From: Dipteris shenzhenensis
Lineage: Eukaryota
Assembly: GCA_047967505.1 (NCBI GenBank)
Contig: CM106538.1
DNA: 64,000 nucleotides
Reading direction: 5' to 3' (one strand)
Shown here: positions 37,666 to 50,369 of the stretch, piece by piece
Layout of the letters: each line of letters begins with the position of its first letter
Position numbering within the stretch: position 1 is the stretch's first letter
The notes under the pieces: generated by a model
What the model saw: the letters and a program-made list of their open reading frames with translations, nothing else
Databases searched by the model: none
What the model was told of the DNA's origin: nothing
Program-made: the position numbers and the translations under genes

Positions 37666-38630
37666 TGTAGATATCCTCTTATGTAGACTCCAGTGAGTCC
37701 ATATCTCTCTAGTTCATTCTCTTTCTATGAGTAGTCTTGGAGCTCTCGTTCCCTCTTGTATGTATGAAGCCTCTCTTCTCCCTTGTGTTTGTAGTATTTT
37801 GAGTTACATTTGAGTGGAGTCTCACTCTATTGGTAATGAAGCTCACTTCAGGTTCTCTCTTGAGTGTCTCTCTCCTTTTTCCATTGCTCTCTTCCAAAGT
37901 GCTCAAAAGTGTTGTCTATTCGGCCGATCATTGCACATACATGGTTTATCCATTTAACGAGCCACAAAGGGAGCTCTTCCTTCCCTCCTAGGTGACCTCT
38001 ATGGGACTTGGATCATTGATGAAGTCTGAGCATGGAGGGAGTATTCTCCCAAGTTGGCATCAGTAGAAGGAGTAGGGCCCCTTGTCAGTATTTTGCTCAT
38101 AATGTTTTACTTGGTGCTTCGATTTTGACGAAGCTTATATCAACGCGAATCTCTCTTCAAGGAGCATCATCCTATGTTTTCAGTTTCTATATTGGATGTC
38201 AGACCAAAAAGCTATGACTCTCTCTGTGTGATTGTTTCTTTTTCATATAGTTTTTACCCCCTTCTAGTAAAATGCTCATATCTTTCCGATTGCTTCTCTG
38301 TTTCTTATAAAAGTTATATCACCACCGCAAAGCCTATTTCAAGATGCATATCTATATGTGTTTAAATCTTAGATATTATATCTCTACTAAAAGTTACAGG
38401 CCTTTGTATTTGATAATAGTTTGCACAGTGTTTTAAGCTACTTGTAGAGGTGTCTCTGAAGGAGGTGCAATGTTTCCCCAGAACCTACTCATCTGAACCA
38501 ATCAGCCCCTTCAAACTCCTCGATATATATCAGTTCATGTTATATTAAGCTACAAGATCTTATGTATTGCTCTTCTCTTTGGTGCAGACTTCGGCTTGGG
38601 AAGATTATGGTCTCTACTGATCCTTTCCTT
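37103..38630 (+). mobile_element. ~1.5-kb insertion in the old Copia integrase, probably an LTR plus leader fragment
   Basis: The integrase stops after 'SARAML' and resumes at 'QYWAEA'. The insert has CTATAAAAGG, a (CT)n tract and ...CATACA followed by a PBS-like TGGT at 37942. Confidence 0.45.
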
Positions 38631-40626
38631 GTGAATCAGTATTGGGCAGAAGCAATTGCCACTGCAAACTTCTTGCTTAATCGGCTTCCAACCAAACTGA
38701 TCCAGGGTGTGATACCTTATGAAGCATTCACTAGATACAAGCCCTACATTGGGCATCTCCACATATCTGGTTGCATAGCATATGCCCACATACATGACGA
38801 TCATTGCAAAAAATTGGACGTGAAGTCATGTAAATGCATCATGGTTGGCTACAGTGAAGAAAGCAAAGCATACAAGATGCATGATCCCATCAACTGAAAG
38901 GTCATTATCTCTAGAGATGTAATCTTTGATGAAGACTCAGAATGGAAAACATCAAATTCTCAGGAGATGGACACACTGATTACTCATTCACCTATAGAAA
39001 AGGTTGATGAAGAAGAGCAAGAATTGCCATAGACACCTTGAGAAGACCAACAACAACTCAAACAGTCTGTAACTAGGGAAAGCATACTACCAGCCATATT
39101 GACATATGCTCAAAAAGGAAAAGCAATTCAGGTTGAAACTACCAATTATGCTCTTATGACTACCATCATGGCTACCGAAGAGCCAGTGTACTTCGAAGAT
39201 GCAGTAGACAAGCCGGAATGGCAAACTGCTATGAATGAAGAAATGGAAGCTTTGTACAAGAACAATACTTGGGAATTATGCAACCTTCCACTAGGAAAGA
39301 AGGCCATAGAGCAAACAAATGGGTTTGCAAAGTGAAGTACAATCCAGATGGAAGCATTAAAAGATATAAAGCCAGACTAGTTGCAAAAGGATTTGCACAA
39401 CAATATCATTAGGACTATGATGAGACTTATGCTCTAGTAGCAAATATGGATTCCATATAGTTCTTGATATCACTATGGACACTCAGTAGATGGAATGTGT
39501 ACAGCTAGATGTCAAGAATGCTTTTCTCAATGGCTACTTAGACGAGGAAGTCTACATGCAACAACCAGCAGGTTATGTTGAACCAGGGAAAGAGAAGTAG
39601 GTTTGTCATCTCAAGAAAAGTCTCTATGGCTTACAGTAAGCACCTAGAAGTTGGTATAGCATAATCGACAAGTATTTTGCTAATCTGGGATGCATGAAGT
39701 CCAATGTAGATCATACTCTCTACTACAAAGTTCAAGGGGAAGACGTCACTATTGCACTTTTCTATGAAGATGATTTGATTATGATCGGAAGTAAAGATAG
39801 CTTCATCAAGAATGTGAAACAAGACTTATGAGTCTACAGAGTTTGACATGAAAGATCTTGGACTTATGCACTATTGTCTTGGAATTGAGTTCTAAAGAGA
39901 CTTAGATAGCACCTTCATGATTCAACTAAAATATGTTAACAGTCTCCTAAAAAAGTTTCATATGGCAGATTGCAAGATTGCACCCATCCCATGGGATAGA
40001 GTTTGAAACTTACAAAATATCCAAAAAAGCCTACAATCAATGACAGATACTATTGGCAACTCATCGAATCACTTATATATCTGACTATGACAAGGCTAGT
40101 ATGCAGTTAGTTTACTTGCACGGTTTATGGCAAATCCGAAATAGTCTCACTAGAATGCAGCCAAAAGAGTCTTGAGATACATCAGAGGTACAAGATAGTT
40201 TAGAATGGAATACATAGGAAGTCATCCAAGATTGCATGGATACTATGACAGTGGGCTATGAAAGAGATCATGAGACTAGGAGATCCACACAAGGATATGC
40301 ATTTTTCCTTGGTAAAGGTGCTATAGCATGGTTGTCAAACAAGCAACCAATTTTTCTTTGTCTTCAAATGAAGTAGAATATAGGGCACTCACAACACGTG
40401 CATGTGAGGCTATATGGCTCAAAAGACTATTATCAGAAACAGATTACTTTGATGAACCAAAGCCAACAACAATATACTATGATAATCAAATGGCTCAAGC
40501 ATTAGCTAAGAATCCAGGACAAAGCACATTGATGTCATAGAGCACTTCATTAGAAAAAGAGTGTTACTTAGTGACATCACACTTCAACATTGTGATAGCA
40601 AGAGAATGTTGTAGGCATCTTTACCA

Positions 40627-40924
40627 TGTAAAGAATGAGGGAGAGAGATAGGAGACTCAAGTTCAGCTTTCTTCACAACACACAAAAGAGAGAGGACACA
40701 AAGTTGGAGGGTGAAGCCTTTCTTCACTTTTGCATACAACAACCATACAATAGAAGAGGGAAATACCCTATATGTCAAAACCTAGAATACGTGGTTCATA
40801 TGTGAACCCAAACCAAAAACATACGTGGTAGTCTAACTACACCACGAGTACAACTATCATAGGCGGTGACATAAATGATAGTCACCCAGGAGATATATCG
40901 GGGGTAGAGCTTGATATCTCAACA
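40627..40924 (-). repeat. 3' LTR of young Copia
   Basis: Identical to 45829-46126 except C40790/T45992. Confidence 0.97.
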
Positions 40925-43900
40925 CTCCCCCTCAAGCTCAAATCCATCTCACGTACACCAAGCAAGCTCCTAAATCTGCGAAGCTTCTCGGTACCCAATG
41001 CCTTCGTAAAAATATCAGCCACCTGCTCCTCAGTGCTGACATAGACAAGATCAATCTCACCAGCTAGAACCTTCTCTCTCACAAAGTGATAATGCACCTC
41101 AATGTGCTTCGTTCTAGCATGATAAACTGGGTTATTAGCAAGCATGATGCTGCTAATGTTGTCACAATGAATGACAACTGCTGCATGAATTGACTGTCCC
41201 ATATCTGCAAGTAGCTTCCGTAACCAAGCTACCTCACATGCAGCCATTGCTGCACCCCTGTACTCAGCCTCTGTGCTCGACAAGGCAACTGTTGGCTGCT
41301 TCTTGCTGCTCCAACTGATGGCACCACTCCCAAGGGAAAACATAAAACCACTAGTAGATCTCCTGTCTGAGACACTACCAGCCCAGTCAGCATCTGTGTA
41401 TCCATGTACCTGTAATGCACACCCAGCTTCATAAAACAGTCCATAATGCAATGTGGACTTCACATACCGTAGTATGCGTCTAGCCGCATCCAAATGTGGC
41501 TTCCTCGGTGCCTGCATAAACTGACTCACCAGCCCCACAGCATAGCTCAAATCTGGTCTGGTTATAGTCATGTAAATCAAGCTACCTACTATGCGCCTGT
41601 ACATAGTAATATCTTCAAGAAGCTCACCTGTCTCTGCATTGAGCTTCACATTCTGCTCCAATGGAACAGAAATAGGCTTACAGCCTGTCATCCCATATTT
41701 GGACCCCATATTTGGACAGCATGTCCAAACCGTATTGCCTTTGCAACAGCCATATCCCACTCGGGGATCTAATAACCTCAATGCCCAAGAAGTAACGCAG
41801 CTCTCCCAAATCCTTCATCTCAAATTTCTGCTTCAACAGCAGCTTCACTTCATTAATGTCTGCATCACTATCACCTGTAATAATCAAGTCATCAACATAG
41901 ATGACTATAAGCACAATCCCTCTGTTTGTCCTTTTCACATAAAGTGAAAAATCTGAATTGGAAATCTGAAATCCAATAGTGACAAGATATTGCCCTATCT
42001 TGTCTGACCATGCCCTCGGCGCCTGTTTTAAGCCATACAAGGCTTTGCGCAACCTGCATACAAAATCGGGGTGTGAATTATCCTCATAACCTTCTGGCTG
42101 CATCATATAAACCTCTTCCTGCAAATCACCATGCAAGAAGGCATTTTTCACATCCATCTGATGCAAAGACCATCCCTTTGCAGCAGCCATAGCAATTACT
42201 GCTCTCACGGTTGCCATCCTTGCAACTGGGCTGAAAGTTTTCTCATAGTCAATTCCATATGTCTGAGCAAAACCTTTGGCAACCAATCTTGCCTTGTACC
42301 TGCTAACAGACCCATCAGCATTGTGCTTTACTTTGTAAACCCACTTGCAGCCAATAGCCTTCTTATCATGAGGCAAAGGCATCAAATCCCAAGTGTGGTT
42401 TGCATCCAAGGCAGCCATCTCTTCATCCATAGCTGCTTCCCAATTTTTATGCCCTGCTGCATCCTCAAAACATGTGGGCTCTGGCTCCTCTAGAACCTTG
42501 ACCATATAAGCATAGTGATGTGTTGTATACCCATCATATCTCAGCCTATCAACTGGATACTTAATATGAGTGGACCTCCATACAACTGGATCAGTTGCAG
42601 GAGTCTTTAAATCATGCCTGCTTTTCCTTGCACCAGGTGTAACAACAGAAGGAATCCCAAGTTCCTCATCAAGGCTCATTTCAGAGCCGCTTGGCTCTCC
42701 ATCAACATGTGAGCTACCAGCAGACACATCAAACACTGGAACATGGTCTACTTTTTCTTTTCCCTTATGTGATACCTGCACAACACTATCAGGACTGCCA
42801 TGTGACGATTCACTAGATCTCAATCTCCCTGTCCATGCATTAGATCCACTAGTAGAGGACTCTCTGGGTCCACTCAAGGCTTGAGATTGCTGCTCTGCAT
42901 TTATTGCAGCATTCCCATTTCCTGCATCTGCATCTCCTACCATAACAGTTGGTGCATACCAGCTGCTCATTTCATCAAAAACAACATCTCTGCTCACTTG
43001 CATTTTGCGGGTGGAAGGGTTATAACAGCGATACCCTTTCTGGTGCAGAGCATATCCAATAAAGATGCATTTTTCTGCCTTTGGATCTAGCTTTGTTCTC
43101 TTCTCATCAGGAACATGAACGTAAGCTATGCAACCAAATACCTTCAAGTGAGAAATATCTGGTTTTTGGCCTGTATACATTTCTTCAGGCATCATGCCAT
43201 GGACAGCTGCAGTGGGGGTTCTGTTCATAATATAAACAGCAGTTGCTACTGCTTCAGCCCAAAAATAATCAGGCATGTTTTTCTCATTTAGGATCGCCCG
43301 TCCTACTTCTGCAATATGCCTGTTCTTCCTTTCTGCAACCCCATTCTGCTGAGGGGTAGACCTGCACGAGTACTTCCTTTGAATTCCCTGTTCTTTCAGA
43401 TATTCACAAAATTCTTCTGAAAAGTACTCTCCCCCTCCATCAGATCTTAGCACTTTAATATGCACACCTTTCTCTTTTTCAACCATGGCCTTAAAAGCCT
43501 TGAAATGGCTGAACACTTCACTTTTGTGCTTCATAAAATAAATCCACACCTTCCTAGTGTAGTCATCAATAAACGTCACATAATAATGGCATCCACCAAT
43601 AGAAGCAGCTTTGGTTGTCCAAACATCTGAATGGATCACTTCCAAAGGTCTTCTGCTCACCTTAGCATTTTTGGGAAATGCATGTCTGGCCTGCTTACCC
43701 ATTTGGCATGCTTCACATACCTTTTGCATTCCCTCAACTCTGAATTTAGGCAAACCTGCAACAATGTTTTTCGTTTGCATAGATTTCAGCCTTTGTATAT
43801 TCACGTGCCCAATGCGCTTGTGCCATATCTCAATATCTGCAATGACACCTCTCCCATGCGCAAACATAGCGGCTTTCACCTCAGGCATATCAACATCCAA

Positions 43901-44356
43901 GGTGAACATTCTGCCATTTTTGTTGCCTTTCGCAACCAAGCGGCACTTATTTTTCAAGTCCTCAACAAAGCATCCATCAGGATTAAATCTAACCTGCAGA
44001 CCTTGCTCAACCATTTGGCCAACTGAAACCAGGTTCTTAGTGATTTTTGGAACATGAAGTACATCTGCCAAGTACTTCGTTTTGCCATCCTGCATAGCCA
44101 ATGGCACTTTACCAACCTGCGTAATTGGGTGCGCAGTATCATCACCTGTTTCAACATAACCTGGCTTATCCAAATTTCTAACATCATGAAACCACTCACC
44201 ATGACTGGTCATGTGGTTAGAGGCACCTGAATCAACATACCAAACATCATTGCAAGCTGCAGCATCTCCTGACATGGAGTTAGCCATATGATGCATCACA
44301 AAAAGGTGCTCATTTCTGTCGTCACCATGCCCACTTGATGATGCATAGTTGCTTTG
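40882..44356 (-). pseudogene. pol: Copia Pol (PR, GAG-pre-integrase, IN, RT, RNase H), frameshifted by a 13-bp tandem duplication
   Basis: 'WYVDSGASNHMT', 'RSDGGGEY', 'QQNGVAERKNR', 'YVDDLI', 'YTDADWAG', 'ADIFTKAL'. CCCATATTTGGAC is duplicated at 41692-41717. The ORF ends inside the 3' LTR. Confidence 0.95.
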
Positions 44357-45250
44357 CTACAACTTCCCACTTTTGATGTCATTCTGCTTTTTATAGCATG
44401 TATTCTCCTTGTGTCCAGGCTTTCCACAATAATAGCATTCTGTGCTGCTATTTACTTGCTGGTTCCTTTGCCATGAACCACGGCCTCTTTGGCTCCCCCT
44501 GCCTCTAGAACTACCACGTCCTCCTCCATAGGACTGGTTTTCCTGTTGTTGCTGTTGGTTCTGATTTCCTGCACGGCCACCAAAACGGCCTCTTCCTCTA
44601 CCCCTGCCTCTACCTGTATTCGAGTAGAAAGCAGTCTCTTGAGAAGTTGAGGTGGCTGAACCACCATTCCTTTGCTCTTCACTCAGCAAGAGAGCAATAA
44701 GTTCCTGAAAATCAGGAAATGTTTCACGGACTCCAATGGATGTCCGAAACTGTGCATAATCTTTCCCAAGACCATTCAAGGTCACAGACACTAAGTCCTC
44801 ATCATCAACAGGTGCTCCAATGGAGGCAAGAGAATCTGCAAGGCCTTTCACCTTCAAGGAATACTCATTTATATTCATATTTTTCCTTTGCACATTGTGC
44901 AACTCCTGCTTTAGCTGCATCTTTCGTGCTTTGGTATTTGTGCTATACAGCTTCACCAATGTATCCCATGCCTCCTTAGGCGTCTCTACATCCTGTATAT
45001 GCACAATCATAGAATCTGAAATGCTAACAGATAGCCAATACAAGCATTTTCTGGCTTTTTCATGCCATTCTTTAAAGGCCTTCAATTCAGCAGGAGTGGG
45101 AGCAGTACCCAAAACTGGTTCTGCAGTTTCACCACTGATGTAATCCCAAACTCCCTTTCCCATAAGGAAGTTTGTCATCCTGAACTTCCATGCTTGGAAG
45201 TTGTTCTTGTCAAGCTTCTCACTGACAATGGTAGACAAATTCTCAGACAT
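44357..45250 (-). CDS. gag: Copia Gag (UBN2-type domain, RGG-rich linker, CCHC knuckle), ending at an in-frame TAG
   Basis: 'MSENLSTIVSEKLDKNNFQAWKFRM..', 'CYYCGKPGHKENTC'. Confidence 0.9.
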   Translation of the reverse strand: MSENLSTIVSEKLDKNNFQAWKFRMTNFLMGKGVWDYISGETAEPVLGTAPTPAELKAFKEWHEKARKCLYWLSVSISDSMIVHIQDVETPKEAWDTLVKLYSTNTKARKMQLKQELHNVQRKNMNINEYSLKVKGLADSLASIGAPVDDEDLVSVTLNGLGKDYAQFRTSIGVRETFPDFQELIALLLSEEQRNGGSATSTSQETAFYSNTGRGRGRGRGRFGGRAGNQNQQQQQENQSYGGGRGSSRGRGSQRGRGSWQRNQQVNSSTECYYCGKPGHKENTCYKKQNDIKSGKL

Positions 45251-45828
45251 TTTACAAATCACGAATTGCAACAGCAACCTGTAAACACAGCAAATGCCTC
45301 ACAAGGGCAAATAGCAAAACTTCTGCAAAAAGCCTCATAGGGGCAGATCTGCAACACTGACGAAAGTGGTATTTCACCACACAGTCACTTCCTAGTGACG
45401 ATTTTGCATCGACAGGCAACAGGCATGAATCTGCAACTCCCAATATCTTTGCACACAGGCATACGATGCAATTTCTGTGGCACCTTTCCACCGACTAGCC
45501 GCGCAGTGGTCGCACAGCGAAAAACAGGGCCTTTTTCTGAGCGCCTGCGAAGAACTTGTGCCTTCAAAACGGGCCCCGAAACGGACTCAAATCAAAAAAA
45601 TAAAGTCACCTAGGGCTTCGCCCTGTCCCGCAGCATATACTGTGCTCTCGCCACACCGCGAAGGGCCTCTCAATCTGAAACAGTGCACTCCTGCACTTCT
45701 GGCTGTGCTACCTGCAGAGGTTTGCTCCCAAACTCGAAATAGGAAAGCAACACTGGTCCTCTTACCAGGACACCACAAACTTGGCTTGCTTTCTTGAGCT
45801 CCTTACCACGAACAAGGCTCTGATACCA

Positions 45829-46126
45829 TGTAAAGAATGAGGGAGAGAGATAGGAGACTCAAGTTCAGCTTTCTTCACAACACACAAAAGAGAGAGGACA
45901 CAAAGTTGGAGGGTGAAGCCTTTCTTCACTTTTGCATACAACAACCATACAATAGAAGAGGGAAATACCCTATATGTCAAAACCTAGAATATGTGGTTCA
46001 TATGTGAACCCAAACCAAAAACATACGTGGTAGTCTAACTACACCACGAGTACAACTATCATAGGCGGTGACATAAATGATAGTCACCCAGGAGATATAT
46101 CGGGGGTAGAGCTTGATATCTCAACA
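45829..46126 (-). repeat. 5' LTR of young Copia
   Basis: Directly followed on the minus strand by the PBS TGGTATCAGAGC. Confidence 0.97.
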
Positions 46127-47735
46127 TACCAAACCACTTGGCAAATAGCTTTTTGATATAAGCACAAAAATGCTCTTAGTTTCACTCAGAAGAAGGACAT
46201 TCCCATTAAAGGGGTGTGATGGAATGTAATGTTCAGTCCTTCTTCGATTCCCCATAATCATCATCTTGAGGGAAGGCCTACTTCATGATGTTGATCTTGA
46301 GGGAAGGTGTTGAGGAACCATCTCAACATCATATGCTAAATATGTGCAAAGCACTAACCCAGTAGAGTGCTATAAAGGAAAGGGTTAGAAACCCTAACCC
46401 TAACCCTAAAGGAGTTTGTATATATTCATCATTTTCAACTAAATCTAGTGTACAGTTGTCATTTGTGGTGTGCTCTCTAGTTGTGCCCTCTCTCCTCATC
46501 CCCATTCTTCTCCTCTCCTCTCTCCATATTTGTTCAAGGTGGTGATGAGAGTGTGTAATGAGGTTTGTTATAGTGCAGCAGACTCGCCATGAGATTTGTC
46601 GGTTGCTTGTCATAGAGAGGTCGTGGGGAGTTTGGAAAATCCTTCACATGAGGGCTACACTTTAATCAAAGTTTATCAATTGATATGTCTCCCTAGTGAA
46701 TTTAGGGGGAGATTTAATTAATCCACTGCCCTGCACATGATTCATATGTGATTAACATAAGGTTTTTTTTACATTAGAAAAAATGAATTTTTTTAAATAA
46801 AAGGTTTTACAAGATAAACAAGGTTTTATGAAATTTTGTTAATAAAAGGTTTCACAATATAAACAAGGTGATAATTTTCAATGGGCTTGCCAAGCAGATT
46901 CTACACTCACAAGAGGAAGAGTGCTGCCACAAAACCATGCCACCAAATTTCCTTAGTAAATAGGGGCATTAAAAATCAAACATTTCACCCTCCCAAATTT
47001 TCAAAATCCATAGCAATGATCTTCTTATTGAAAGTTGTTGGATTTTTCCTGGCAACAATTTACTCACATGTGGCTAGCATATGATTCTCGACTCATAGCT
47101 ATTGCTTCCTGATAGTGGAAATTCATTGCTATCAGCCAAGTTGAGAAATTTATGTAGCCAATTGTACCCAATTTCACTCCTAATTTAATTCCTTAAGTAA
47201 ATCTAGGTGTTAAATATCCTCCCCAAAAGATCATCCATTTCACGAGTTTATAGAAATTTTCCCTAGCCATATTGTGTGCCACCAAAACATCATTATGCTT
47301 TGTTGCAAAAACAAGTTACAGAAGTAGGAATTTGAAAGGAGGGACCTCCCCAAACAGATGATGATTCTTGCATCTCTAAAATCTACATGAGTGTTACCCA
47401 AAAAAGCTAGAGCCTCCAAATCATCATGCTTGCATGGCACCTAACCCTACCATATATAGACAACCATGCATCAGTCTAGCAACTAAACACAATTGTGAAT
47501 CATGCTACATTGGACAACCCAAATACAAGCCACTAGGGGGCCTCTAGAAAGTGCCACCAACCTCCCACCAACAAGTGGACCAATACATACATGATCAAGA
47601 TGCAAAATAAAATTAAATCATAATTCTCTCTTTTTTGTTTGAGAAAGCAAGAATAATTACTAAGACCTTCCCAAGAGGGGCAGGCCAAAAAGAGTACTAA
47701 AACATAGCTCCAAGAGCTCAAAAGGCTAGATTGTA

Positions 47736-48030
47736 CTAAAGATTACAATTTACAAAATATTGTAGCAATTGAAGGATCTCAATCCGAACTAGACACAATA
47801 GATTTGGTGGAATGGGAATGTGGCAAAATACAAGAGAATCTTGATTGTGACAAATGCACTGAATAACCAATCCTTTGATGAGGTCCCACAAAATAATTTG
47901 AGGCTTCGATGATTTTCCCTTATCACCCATAATGCAACCTTCCATTTGAACGGCATTATGATTTGTGCTTTTGAGCAAATATTGCCAAATTGACCGAGAA
48001 ACCAAGCACTCCCAAAAGAGAGGGTGAGGG
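47736..48030 (-). pseudogene. LINE ORF2 3' fragment (zf-RVT region)
   Basis: 'HPLFWECLVSRSIWQY..LWDLIKG..HNQDSLVF' resembles H.F..C...IW / W..RN..VF of plant LINEs. Confidence 0.6.
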
Positions 48031-48802
48031 AGAGGGGGGCTACATGGAGGGAGAGGCAGCTGAGCGAAGGACAAGAGGGGGAGGGAGAGGCATGAACTGG
48101 GGGAGAGGTGTGAGGGAGGGGGAGGAAGGAGAGGGATGAGTCGAGGGAAAGAGTGTCATGAGCAGAGGGAAAGAGCAGCAAAGGAGCGACATGAGCAGAA
48201 GGAGGCATGAGCGAAGAGAGTGGCAAGAGAGAGGTATAAGGGAGAGTAGAAGGAGTGGGGGAGGCAGAAGGTTAATCATGTCAATAATCTCCTTACATTG
48301 AACTAATTGGTTAATCAATCCCTTACACAGATAATCAAGTTAATAATCCCCTTACACAAAAGCATTTTTTCCACCCAACTGTCACATGAACAAGCTCTAG
48401 AGTCTACATTATTCAACACCACATAATTCACAAGATGATGTTCAATTCTCTTATTTCTCAATGGCAATCTAGGTAAGTGAAAATAAACCCTTATTATTTA
48501 TCCACCATTAAGAAAAAGTTATTTAATTTCTTTTAGGCTTGACCTTAAGTTAGTCTTAAAAGGAACATTGTACCTATATTACACTTGAGTTTGATGGTCA
48601 AGCAATTTCATTAGGCTCAAAAAACCAAATATATATACAACTGCACATACAGTAATCCAAAATATGTGTTCACTTCGTTTGCTAAAAGGTTAGTACATTC
48701 ACGCTTAATTTTTCCCTAGAATAATAGAAGATTTTATAAGGAATTTTTAATTTGGTACTTGAGTAAGTGCAAAAATTCCTAAATTGCACTTTTACGTGTT
48801 AG

Positions 48803-50185
48803 AAAAGGGGATACCCCTAGGTACAAGCAAGATGATGTATAGCCAAAAGGGTTCCTTCTACCAACCTTGCTCATTCATTCTTACCAATTAGTCATCCGTA
48901 TATTGAAAAAGTCGCCACCTTGCTCATTCATTTCGGCCATTAGTCATCTGTATATTGAGAAAGTGGACAAGGAAAGAGTCCCCCCTCTGGACTGCATCAT
49001 CCCTCAAAATACGTATTCCTCATAGCAAGACAAGTGGGATTGGAACACCTATGATGTAAGAATCCTAGGAAGCTACATTTTCATAGTTGATAGGGATGGG
49101 AAGAAGTCCTTAAAACACATATCCCAAAAGCTCTTTTGGAAGGGGAATATGAATGGCCTAAACTCGATCATGTAGAAGCTGATGATGTCATACTCAAGTT
49201 GGCCACCTTGTAGACTTTGGGGCTTCATCCCAACTTTATGAGTGCACGTAAGATGATGCAACCCACAAACAACGCATTCTCACCATGTTTTCACTTCTTG
49301 ATCTAGAGAAATAATGTTGAACCAAAGAGAAGACTAAGATACTGGTATTCATTCGAGCTTGTTGCGTCCATGCATGGGCCAGAATGGTACCTTACATTCT
49401 ACTATTCTGGTCCCATTTGGAACCCCAAAGGCCATGGTCTCCCCATGTATACTAGCTTTTGAAACCATTATAATTTCACACTCTTCGAGTAGTTTATCCC
49501 ATAGGTTTTTTTTTTTGGTAAAGGGCATAGGACCCAATTTTGTGGGTCCATGGGATGTTATGGCATTACATAAAGCTTGGTCTCAAAACTTACCATCTAC
49601 ATAGCGTTTCAAACCATGCAAAAAATGCCTTCTAGAAGGAAGTTCGACCTTGCTAACTTTATGTCCTGCTTGAACTTTACTTGACGTGCACACTAGCAAA
49701 AGGGGATATACCTAGGTATAAGCAAGGTGATGTATAATGACACGGTTCCTAGTGGGCCCTCCTCTCATCTTTGGAGACCTCACTCATTCGTTTTCGCCAA
49801 TCAGTCCTCCATATGTTGTAAAAGCGGCCACCCTACTTATTCATTTCTGCCAATTAAACTCATCTGTATATTGAAAGAGTGGCCAAAGGGAAGGGTCCCC
49901 ATAGTCAACGGAACCATTTTTTAAAACGCTTCAAATGAGTGCGATATATTCCTCGTCCCCACTGGATGTGTGGAAGTAAGCATTCCTCAAAATTCAAATG
50001 AAGCCAATGCTATATTCTTCGTACCACCTACGGTGTAAGAAAGCTACAAGGGAGTGGTTGGAAGGCCATGGAACACGTAATCCCAAAAAAGCCATATTGG
50101 AAGGAGAATACGAACGGTGGAGATTCGATCATGGGAGTTGATGACGTTAGTATTCAAAGCTGGCCACCTTGTAGAGTTGCAGGGA
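48803..50185. repeat. Diverged local duplication upstream of BOR exon 1 (48803-~49225 vs 49698-~50185)
   Basis: Shared blocks AAAAGGGGATA..CCTAGGTA.AAGCAAG.TGATGTAT, CATCTGTATATTGA.A.AGTGG, TTGGAAGG.GAATA and TGGCCACCTTGTAGA. Confidence 0.75.
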
Positions 50186-50262
50186 GCTTTGTTTTTCGTT
50201 GCTCTCTCGTGAGCTTCCAGTCGCTCATCCTTCCCAACCTTCGTCTTCCCTGCCTTGCTACC

Positions 50263-50369
50263 ATGCACTACGCTCGCCTTGCTCCCTTTCGTGGCATCCG
50301 CAAGGACTTCGCAGCTCGCCTCCAGTTCTATAAGCAGGACTGGACCGCCGCCTTCGCCTCTCCTTCCAG
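50263..50369 (+). CDS. BOR1: Exon 1 of a BOR-family boron/borate transporter (SLC4-like); remaining exons not found in the window
   Basis: MHYARLAPFRGIRKDFAARLQFYKQDWTAAFASPS(R) matches the plant BOR N-terminus (PFxGIKxDxxGRLxCYKQDWTxG..R) and ends at a phase-2 AG|GT donor. Which paralogue it is cannot be determined. Confidence 0.85.

Larger units (their letters stand above)
40627..46126 (-). mobile_element. Young full-length Ty1/Copia LTR retrotransposon (5.5 kb)
   Basis: Two 298-bp TG..CA LTRs with 1 mismatch; TSD TACCA (40622-40626 and 46127-46131); iMet PBS 45817-45828; PPT next to 40925. Confidence 0.98.
36290..46648 (+). mobile_element. Old degenerate Ty1/Copia element (PR-IN-RT-RH), interrupted by two insertions; candidate 3' LTR 46308-46648
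   Basis: 'WYINNGASSHMT', '[29 protein letters not shown]', 'YWAEAIATANFLLNRLPT', 'WQTAMNEEM', 'YEDDLI'. The RNase H motif 'IFTKPLG' is split by the young Copia. GAGGGAAGG precedes TGTTGAGG..ATCCTTCACA. Confidence 0.85.

Noticed and set aside
46380-46412. ACCCTAACCCTAACCCTAAA as a telomere remnant
   Set aside because: Only ~3 units inside a candidate LTR; a common telo-box-like motif.
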